Source: the human T2T-CHM13v2.0 reference genome, Homo sapiens
Assembly: GCF_009914755.1 (NCBI RefSeq)
Contig: NC_060930.1
Length of the DNA stretch: 64,000 nucleotides
Direction: 5' to 3' (one strand)
Made by a program: the position numbers and the translations under genes. Positions 54,102-64,000 of the stretch are shown in pieces. The notes beneath the pieces were generated by a model that worked only from the letters and a program-made list of their open reading frames with translations, was not told the origin of the DNA and searched no databases. Positions within the stretch are counted from its first letter, which is position 1, and each line of letters starts with the position of its first letter.

Positions 54102-54213
54102 AGTTGGAGAATACAGCAGAAAGGTCCAGGCTCTGGAAGCTGCCCAAGCAGTTGGAGCTCAGCTTCGTGTTATTATTACCGCTGACTGACTGATGAGTCT
54201 TTTCATCAGTTAC

Positions 54214-54353
54214 CTTGCTGGCAACACTTCTGGTCTGAGCAATGAGCTCTCGGATCCTCTGGATGCTGGCAGAAACGTTGCTTGCAGGTCGCTTCTGCTC
54301 AACCGTACGAAGCTGATCCAGGAGCTGAGGGACAACCTCGGTCAGATTTCTTA
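54214..54353 (-). CDS. LAMA4: LAMA4 exon 19 (VRNLTEVV...SVASK), coiled-coil end
   Basis: 140 nt, CAG/GTAACT, phase 1-0; translated by hand. Confidence 0.95.
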
Positions 54354-54493
54354 CTGCAGTTAATAAAAATTAATCATTTAAGAAAATAACTCAATATTAT
54401 ATTTCAAGAATCAGATGTAGACAATAAACATGGATTACATATGGTAGAACTAAGAGAAATGATTTTTAATCCTGCAAAATTAATAGTAAAACC

Positions 54494-55142
54494 TGTAAGG
54501 TACACAGATGTGCTTTGATCAGGGAATAGGTTGAGGCAGACATCTGGGCCAGACGGACTCAGCTAGTTTAGGGCACAGGTGCATACTCCATTTGTTATAT
54601 AACCTGTTTGTGTAAGCTCATACTTGGCTCACAGCCACTATTGTTTGAAAATGTATAACTGCCCTGCCGATGCCATGCACAGGATGCGTGCTCTTGCGCC
54701 CAGAGAAAGAGAGAATGCCAAGGCCGCCTGTCTTGCAGACGGACAGAGGGAGAGCCAGGGCTCAACATGGCTCAGGCGTGCTGGTGCCCAAAGAGAGAGT
54801 AACGCTACTGACCCCTGTAGGGGAGAGCCAGTTGCCTTGAAGGTAGGCATGGGGGAGCCAGGAACTGGCTTGTACCTGGAAAGAGAGAAAGTTAAGCTGC
54901 TAACCCTGAAGGCAAGAGCAAGCCGACTGCTCAGCTGTGTGTGGGAGCAGCCAGAGCAAGCAGCCGAGACAGAGCAGGCAGTGTGAGAGAGCTTCTGATG
55001 AGAGAGCTGCTGAACAGAACTATATTTCACCTGTCTACATCCCTCAAGTGTTCTTTCAGCCACCCACCCACTCCACTCAGACCTCAGTATGGGCTCGAAC
55101 CTGACCCCGAGCATGACATTTGGCATAGTCGTGGACCTAACA
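54494..55142 (+). mobile_element. Solo LTR18-family LTR (HERV18/HERV-S, ERVL), antisense to LAMA4
   Basis: Begins tgtaaggtacac...gtgctttgatcagggaatagg like the remembered LTR18 consensus, ends ...ctaaca; 5-bp flanks aaacc / aagcc. Confidence 0.8.
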
Positions 55143-55405
55143 AAGCCCAAAGCACAGTTTGTTTCTATTTTTGTGACATTTATAGTACTTACTGATCTAA
55201 AAATTGTATCTAGAGCAGGCTTTTTCTAAAGGGCAGGGACCACGGTATATATACAAATGTTCCTTTAACCATATAGCACAGGTTCTGCTTGCATTTCTAA
55301 TATAACTGATATAACAGGTCAAGAGGAATACTGGGAAAAAAGGTAGGAAGATTGTTTTCCACCTTTTTTCCTTTTCTATGTTTTCTTCCTCTTCTATGTT
55401 TTCTA

Positions 55406-55990
<585 letters not shown>

Positions 55991-57577
55991 GCTCAGAGAC
56001 GAAATACTTTTGAGGTATTCTCTTTCCTAAGGGCAGGGGCCATGGTCATTAAGCATTAGTAGCTGGGCAAGAGCAAGCGTCTTCCTAGAGAAAAACTAAA
56101 CTCACATTCAGGAGACTATGTCAGTGCAGATCAAGGAAACATCCCTTCTCTGTACTTAGGACACACGATGTTTCTCCAGTGCAAGGAATAGAATTAAGTA
56201 AAATAATAGCAACTATCAGTTTATTATATTGATTAATACAGAGGTAAATATTTATTGTTTGGATCACTGACAACGACATTTATTTTAGAGTATACTAGTC
56301 TTTAAAAACTAGAGATAATATACTTAATGAATTATGTTAGATATTGATTATGGAAATGTTTATAAGACAGAGTCCCCCTGCTCCCTACAATCAATTCTCT
56401 TAGAAAAAGGGAGCCACCTTATATTAGAGTACTTATAAAGTGTCTTACATTATGGTATCCTCTTTCATTTCCTTTGTTTTGAACCACAAAATGCTATTTG
56501 AGAAAAGCACAGTAAACAATTTCAATTTTTTGAAACTTCTGGATGCTTATTGGAATCACTTGATAAGACTGGTAAAAAATGGGAAAAAAATGTAACAGAT
56601 TTGGTACATATTCCCGAGGCAATATCATTATAAATGTAATAATTGAATTTCATATAGGCAAATCTTTTAAAGACAAAATTTTAAAAGCACTTCCTTGAGT
56701 GGTTACATGGAAGAAATGAATATATACTTAAAAGATCATTATAAAAGAGCTATTTTACTGTTATGGGAATGGGTATTTGTAAATTGGAATAAAATTTGTA
56801 CTGACAGATCATATATGGATTTATGACCTTTCTTAATTCAGATACAAGTGAAGGTAGTATTGTTTGCAAAACCATATTGGAGAACAAAAAGTTCTAGTCA
56901 TGATTTGTCATGATATTGACAGACATTGCTGTTTAAGAAGTTATGAAGGGATTGGATAAAAATGTGAGAATGGAAAAAGCGAAATTTCACAAGTACTGCC
57001 TGGTTCTAATATCTACAAAATAAGTTAGGTAGACATGAAAATATTTCATTTTCATTTCTATAGAACTGTATATTCAAGTTGGCCAACACGCTGTTCTTAA
57101 TAGAAAGCTGGAGTTATGTTTGGCCATATTCAGTACTTGTTGGTAATAACCTAATTACTCAGATAAAGAAAAAGCAATGTTGCCTAGTAGAAGCAATGCC
57201 ATTTAGTAATTTTTTTTCTAAAAGCTAAGCAGTATTTTGTTAAGATTATTTACCCAACATTTGATTAACCTTGTTCCCTAAAAGATAAGTCTTACGTTGA
57301 TACAATTGCTACCATAATTTCACATAGAAAAAATTATGACTCTTTACCAATCCATCTAGTGTTCATACGAAATATATGTATGTTTCTCATATGTATTTAG
57401 ACAGGTATAGATAGATAGATAGATGAACAGTGCAAAAGCTTTTCTTTTTCTAAGCTAACTTCTATAATTTTCGAATCCAAAACCCAAATGAAGAAAACTG
57501 TTTTTTGACAAAAGATGTATAGAGTTTAATGGCCAATTCCTTAATTAGATTCAAATTGTGAAATTTCTAAGTGATAC

Positions 57578-57757
57578 CTGCATCCCTAGCAGAGTTCACT
57601 GCAGTGTTGTAAGCAGAAGAGTCAAAATGTTGAAGATTCTGTGACCAGTTGGTTAGATTGTTGGCCATGGGGGCAGTGGCCTGCTGCACCTCCATCGTCG
57701 TCCTGTTGGCTTCCTCGGTGATCAGTCTAGACTGCCCCAGGCGCTGCTGGGCATCCC
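57578..57757 (-). CDS. LAMA4: LAMA4 exon 18 (GDAQQRLG...SARDA)
   Basis: 180 nt, AAG/GTATCA, phase 1-1; translated by hand. Confidence 0.94.
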
Positions 57758-58317
57758 CTTTACACAGAGCACAGGGTCATTCACTTTGCAGAGAAGCCGG
57801 ATATTTGTTGGGGAACATTAACACCCCTTTAACCCTTGAATGAAACAGATCTCACATTTTGGGCTCTTAAGCAAAAGTAAGATTTTTGGATAACCATGTG
57901 GCTCACCGAAAACATTTCCAAATTAAGAGGTAAATTTAAAAAGAAGAGTAATTGTATTTCCTATAACCTGGTAAGAAAGCCATAGAAAATGCACATGAGA
58001 TTTTAACTCATAAGAGGTTTGTGTCTGAAATTAATTGCAAATATCACTGTCTTTTATGAAAAAGTAGGCTTGTGGAACACTTCTGCCATAAAAATGATTC
58101 TATAGAAGTTAATCAATAAAGAAAGATATTTTTTAATAGAAAAAAAGCAAATTTCAAAGAGTTTTAGTAGTGAATTCCCATTTTTGTTAAAAATTACATC
58201 TTTAAAATAACCATGATGTAAATTTACAACAAAAAATTTTGTCTAGGGGATGGGATTATAGGTGATTTTCTTCTTTTTTTCTTATCTGCATTTTCTAATA
58301 TTTCTATGAGAATTATT

Positions 58318-58548
58318 TATTATTTTTATAAAAATAATTATAATTCATTTAGGTGACTTTATAACTTCAAATTTTATAAATTTGAAGTTGTGCCCTAATT
58401 TGGTTATTGGATTGGTTATATGACCTAATTTGGTTATTGGATTTCTTTGGCCCCAACTGTAATGTAATTAGAACTGTAAAACAATTATAAATTTGAAGTT
58501 ATACCATCACCTAAGTGAATTATAATTATTTTTATTATAAAAATAATA
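58318..58548. repeat. Inverted repeat with about 62-bp arms enclosing patchwork duplications
   Basis: 58318-58379 pairs with 58485-58548; see findings. Confidence 0.88.
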
Positions 58549-58766
58549 CTTAATTTAATAATATATAAATAATAAATAATTTATTAAAGTGAGGATATAT
58601 TTCATTTAGCCTCACATATTCTGGATTCTGATAAATGCTAGTTTCAATCCTGAATCTGCTTCTTACTGGCTGTGCCTGTTGCAGCAAGTTCCCTAACCTT
58701 CATGAACCTCAGGGTTCATATCAGCCTGAAGGCAGTAGTGGTACTTATCCCCATGACATAAAGTAT

Positions 58767-59127
58767 TAATATGGTTGGCTGTGTTCCCACCCAAATCTCA
58801 TCTTGAATTGTAATCTTCCATAATCCCCATGTGTCATGGGAGGGATGGGTGGGAAATAATTGGATCATGGGGACAGTTTTCCCCATGCTATTCTTGTGAT
58901 AGTGAGTTCTCATGAGATCTCGTGGTTTTATAAGTGTCTGGCATTTCCCCTTTGCTCAGCAATCATTCTCTCTCCTGTCACCCTGTAAAGAGGTGCTTTC
59001 TGCCATGACTGTAGTTTTCCTGAGGCCTCCCCAGCCATGCAGAACTGTTAGTCAATTAAACCTCTTTTCTTATAAATTACCCAGTGTTGGCTATTTCTTC
59101 ATAGCAGCGTGAGAACGGACTAATACA
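58767..59127 (+). mobile_element. Solo THE1-type MaLR LTR
   Basis: atatggttggctgtgttcccacccaaatctcatcttgaattgta...gagaacggactaataca. Confidence 0.88.
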
Positions 59128-59622
59128 GCTATGTTGAACACTTAGGACAATGCCCAGCTCACACTAAGCATCAATAAACAGTCATTCTGATGACGGTGAT
59201 GATGAGGCTTCTCCATGAAGGACCACTCTCCTGGCCAGAGCTTTGGTGCACTGTAGCACTGTAGCTAGGATTTGCTCATTCTAGTAAAACACCCATATGC
59301 TGCACTAGTTTTTTAACTTTCACTGCGCGAAGGAAGGCACATCTGCTTCCAATCACATCTATCTAAGATACCACTGCAGTCCCAGATTAAGCAAAACGTG
59401 TGCTTTTGTTTCTCTATTTGGGCTTGTTGGTCTCCCTGGTTTCTATTTGGTCTCTGGGCCTGTTGCTTATATGGTAAGAATGACTTGACATGTAACAGAG
59501 GGAAGCTGTTTACAGCTGGGCCAAAGAAATCCAATAACCAAATTAGGGCATATTGTTATGAGGAAGGATGTTCATAAGAAAGCCATTACCAAACACTATA
59601 AACAGCATGATCCCATTAAAAG

Positions 59623-59623
<1 letters not shown>

Positions 59624-59654
<31 letters not shown>

Positions 59655-59672
59655 ACACAGACACACACACAC
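59624..59672. repeat. (CA)n microsatellite with GA interruptions
   Basis: Read directly from the sequence. Confidence 0.95.
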
Positions 59673-59924
59673 AGAGGCAATGCTGGAAAAAAAGGCTCTC
59701 AAATCTAAAGGTCACCTCTACGTGGTGTGATTACAGCATTTATATTTAGTTTCTTCTTTTTGTTTTCTAGAACTTTTTTTTGTGATGAACGTATTTTGTC
59801 ATCAGAAAATAACATTTATGTATAAAATCATTGACAAACAAAGAATTACCTAATCCTTCCTTGAAGGTTTACCTTACACTCCAGTGAATCAACAGATGAG
59901 ACTTCAATTCTCTCTGATGCTTAC

Positions 59925-60041
59925 CTCTCTCTGCTGCTTGTAGTTGCTTAACGGCATCACTGAGTCTGGTTTTAAGGGCACTTTTCCTTGCTAGGGCTCC
60001 ACCCACACGCCTGCTAGTGTCAGCCACTGCTTCATCACTGC
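59925..60041 (-). CDS. LAMA4: LAMA4 exon 17 (SSDEAVADTS...AAERG), coiled coil
   Basis: 117 nt, CAG/GTAAGC, phase 1-1; upstream exons lie beyond the window end. Confidence 0.95.
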
Positions 60042-60414
60042 CTGTGGAAGAGCAGCAGAAAGAAGTACTAGTGGAGCCAAGATGCCTCGAAAAGGATTCC
60101 ATTTCAACAAGGAAACTTCTCATTTGTACGATGCAGTCATCTGCAGTATTTGCAGTATTCTGAATACTCCGAACATAGATCAACAATTCTGGAAAGTAGC
60201 ATTTAAAATTCGAGGTACAGAATTGCAGAACACTTGTAATACTGCTTGTGAGTGACTTAGGATGCCATCATGGTTACTTTCTTTGATTGAAACATATAGC
60301 CCTGCCATGACTAATAACACCAAGCAGCACAATTGTTAAAGAGCTGAAAAGAAAAAAATCTCTCTCTCTCTACATATATGTGATAACGACTGGTTATAAA
60401 AATAATCCTTGTTT

Positions 60415-61815
60415 TCTTATTTGTTTCAATAAAATTTTAATTGCAATATAACATACATCTAGAAAAAGGCACCCTTTATAAATGCACAGCTTGACAAAAA
60501 TGTTCACAAAATGAACACAAAACATAACCGGCATCCAATCAAGAAAATAGAAACTTATTACCACCTTTGAAGCTCCCTAGAGCCCCTGTGATAACCCAAA
60601 GATAATCACTTTTTTGAATTCTATCTCCATCTGTTTGTGTCTGTTTTTAAACATTATTCAAGTGAGGATATGGTATTATAATCTTTTATATCTGTCTTAA
60701 TTATTACTATATAGAGCTATAATACACCTTGATAATGTAGTTTGTCTTCCAGCTTTGTTTTTATTCTTCAAGACAGTCTTGGCTATTCTTGGCTTTCCCC
60801 TCTCATTTCCATATAAATTCTAGAATATTCAGTTCAGGTACTTTAATTAATACTGAATTAAATCTGTAGATGAATTTGGGAGAATTGTCATTTTTACACA
60901 TTTTAATCTTCTACTCAATGAATATGGTATTTATTTATCATTTATATATAAATTCTTGTTTAGATCTTCATTTATTTAGATCTTTATGCGTAGCAACCTT
61001 AGCTTCTTTTATCAGATTTATTCCTATGTATTTGATGCTATTGCAAACACTGTTATTTTTAAAAGTTAATTTCCCAATGTCGTATGTAAAATTAAATCGG
61101 ATTTTTACACATTGAATTGGTAATGTAGGGTGTCCTTGTATTGTTTCTAATATTAGTGGAAAAGCATTCAATATTTCCATTTTAATTGCTGAATATTATT
61201 TTATTTTTCAGATTATGGAAGTTTCCTTCTATTCTCAGTTTGCCGAAAGTCTTTTTTAAAAGTCAAAAATCTTTTTTAAAAGTCAAGTTTGTTAAATAAT
61301 TTTTCTGCATGTAGTGAGATGATCATATGAATTTCTCCTATATCCTATAAATGTGACAAATTACAATTGATTTTTTAAATGTTAAACTATTCTTGAAATC
61401 CTAAAATAAACTCAAATTGGTCATCATATATTGCACTTTATAGGTGTGCTAGATTTGATTTGCTAATATATTGATTAGAATTTTTGCATCTCTTTTTGTG
61501 AGAGAATTTGGCTTATAATTTTCCTTTTTAATAATATCCTTATGTGATTCAAGTAACCAAGTTTTGCTGGCTTCATAAAACAAGTTCCAGAGTGCTTTCT
61601 TGTTTTCTATTTTCTAGAAGAGCTCGTATAAAAGTGGTGTTATTTCTTCTTTAAATGTTTAAGAATTCACTGGGGCAGCCATCTGAGCCTTGAGATTTCT
61701 TTGTGGGTAGGGATCGATTAGTGGTTAAATTTATTATACATATGTATGTACATACAGTTCTATCAGATTTTGTATTTGCATCAGTTTTGAGAGTCTTTTG
61801 CTTATAAAATTGTTC
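60415..61815 (-). mobile_element. Old fragmented L1M, antisense
   Basis: T-rich strand with L1 ORF2/3' motifs; ORF track remnants MEILNAFPL...IKYIGINLIKE. Confidence 0.7.
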
Positions 61816-64000
61816 TTGAAAGCACACTTGTGGCACAGTCACTAGACTGGTTATCTTTGAGCAAATCCCAACAGATCATGATGTAATTACCTCATCATCT
61901 GAACTAAAGGATCAACTTTGCCAGTAATTCTTCATTTCTGTTTGTGCTTTAATTCCAAAGCACTGAGAATTTTGTTTCTTAACAAACAGAAAAATAGTTT
62001 TATCACTTCTAATTACACTTTTCTCTTTCTCTCCAATGGGATTGTAAATATACACTCTCTGACGGCACCCCTTTGCTGTTCTATTAGGTAGTCTTGATGT
62101 GATTGGTTTAATGTTATCTTTCCCCCCCAGATATGTGTATAATGGGTGGTGGTGTCATGAAGTACAGTTAACCAAATACAAGCACTTCTTTCATATTTTC
62201 TCTGGGTAGTGTGAAGAATTTGCATTGCACCCTGCCTCCTTCCTCTTTTCTAATTTCAATTCCCAAACATTATAATACAAACAATGTTTTAGCTCTTATT
62301 TTGGGTCTCATGACTGCAAAAACAAAAAAAAATACTACCTGATATACTGAGAAAGAATATATTTAACTCTATATTTGGAGCACTTGATAAAAAGAGGAGG
62401 AAGAAAATCAATTTTGGGCTTGATGTTTATAAGAAGAAATGTTTCATAAGAAGTGTGTTCTATTTGGAATTTACTGACTTGCATAAATACTTTTCATTTT
62501 GCAAATGAGTTAAGTAGAAGATTCATTTAAATAGCAGCTTCCTGAGATTATATTGACTATCAACTATTTGATATATAATGAAAAGGAAATTTGGGAAATA
62601 AAGATTACTGATCATTGAAAGGAATTTGGAATGGAGAAATGTAATCTGAAATTATAATGTAATTCAGTAGATGACTATGGTTTAATTTGAAAACCTGAAT
62701 GTACATCACAAATGTGTGTATTATCAAAGGAAGACAGTCCTATAAAGTTCTAAGCCACACAGTACTAACTCCCTGTTGTTGTTCCTTTTGCAAATAAATA
62801 CAGAAAGGGATTTGGCCAAATGAGATCATGAAATAGGTGAACAGGTCTGCAAAATATTCAAACAGGCTAATGCAGAGAGATTTATCAGACATAAAATATG
62901 GAACTTTGAAGGGATGTGGGTAGGGATCGATTAATGGTTAAATTTAAAATAGAAAAGTTGCTTTTATGAGGTTCAATAACTCAATAATGACAAGACTGAG
63001 AGAATATATTACAAGTTATCAAAAAGAATAAAATATTTAAGTCACTGTGTCATGAAGACTGACACGTTCTGATCTTCACAAGAAACAAAAGCAATACATA
63101 GATATAGCAACATTTATTTTAAAATATTTTACTGTTAATATTCTAATTCTTCACTACTGATATTCTAATCCATAGAGTATGTTCAGGATAGACTTACATA
63201 ATAAATTAATTAGACATATAATAATTAGACTAGAGAAACAATGACACTTTTTATTGCCTTTGTTTGCCCAGAAAAATAAAATAACAGTTGTTTTATGGGA
63301 AATAAATAAGTATCTGTGTATGAAAAGCAAAGTGCATTTATCTTCTCTGTGTAATGGCTCTTTGCAAAAGATAAAGAAAATGCATGATTAAATGAGATTA
63401 ATTACTTCAACAAAATTGGGTGAGGTTTTTAGTTTCAAACTTGGCCTTTGTTTTTAGGTGGCAGTTAGAAGTTCGCTAGATGATGAATTTCCAACCTCAT
63501 TAGTCAATGTTCAAAAATCCTTGGGAATTAGTTCATTATCTCAGAGATGAATAATGTTTAGTGAATTTCTTAGTCCATTCGATTGTTTTTAAGAGTAACT
63601 CACAAGATTCAAAATTGTCTAATGCGATTTTGCTTTTATTTTTCCTTCCCTCCCTCACCCTTGGATGTGCACACTTCAGCAGATGCAAACACTGGCCTTT
63701 GGAAATGCTTCTTACCATATGCTTGTTAGGTCTGTCCTAAATACAGTAACCTATGTAGAACACAAACTACAAAAAAAAAAAAAAAAAGAAAAGCAAATAA
63801 CCAGATGGCTTTGTGGTACCCTGTCATCCTAATTGACTCACAGTGATGACTCGTTCCTTCATGGGAAACATTTTAAAAGGACTTCGAAATTGTTCAAGAA
63901 AGAGGAAATTTTGTGCAATATAGTTTTAGTGTTAAGTGTATTTTAGGACATTTTTCCCCTAAAAATTGGTATTTATGGTAAGTTTCTATTAATCAGCCTA

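Noticed and set aside
54624-55195. Overlapping 120, 170 and 84-aa ORFs
   Set aside because: They lie in a GC-richer LTR with no gag/pol/env similarity; a composition effect.
61247-61286. Short tandem duplications (also near 9243, 43290 and 53861)
   Set aside because: Ordinary 12-21-bp slippage products.
60042-64000. A further LAMA4 exon upstream of exon 17
   Set aside because: I found no in-frame laminin-like segment with splice sites; the next exon appears to lie beyond the window.

Overview
Human (primate) genomic DNA, recognisable from its translated exons as the FAM229B / LAMA4 locus (6q21 from recall). Plus strand: the 3' part of FAM229B, with a probable non-coding exon ending at 6619, coding exons 8702-8826 and 10088-10205 (80-aa protein) and AATAAA at 10281. 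Minus strand, convergent: the last 23 coding exons of LAMA4 (laminin alpha-4; exons 17-39 if the gene has 39 exons, from recall), 60041 down to the TGA at 18855. They splice GT-AG in a consistent phase into 3416 nt encoding the end of the coiled coil and LG1-LG5. The rest is intron or intergenic DNA rich in Alu, L1, L2, MIR, MER and LTR elements. No prokaryotic-type system (CRISPR, operon) is present and no wholly new system can be proven from the sequence alone. Best leads: (1) a 13 x 23-bp VNTR forming an array of QKI/STAR motifs (UACUAAU) just downstream of a uORF-containing FAM229B 5'UTR exon; (2) a fold-back plus templated-insertion scar in LAMA4 intron 17; (3) strictly alternating Alu orientation bracketing in-frame LAMA4 exon blocks; (4) an AluY with a pristine left arm and decayed right arm; (5) a solo LTR18 carrying a tRNA-Ser PBS fragment inside its boundaries. 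Repeat subfamily names and mismatch counts are by eye against remembered consensus sequences.
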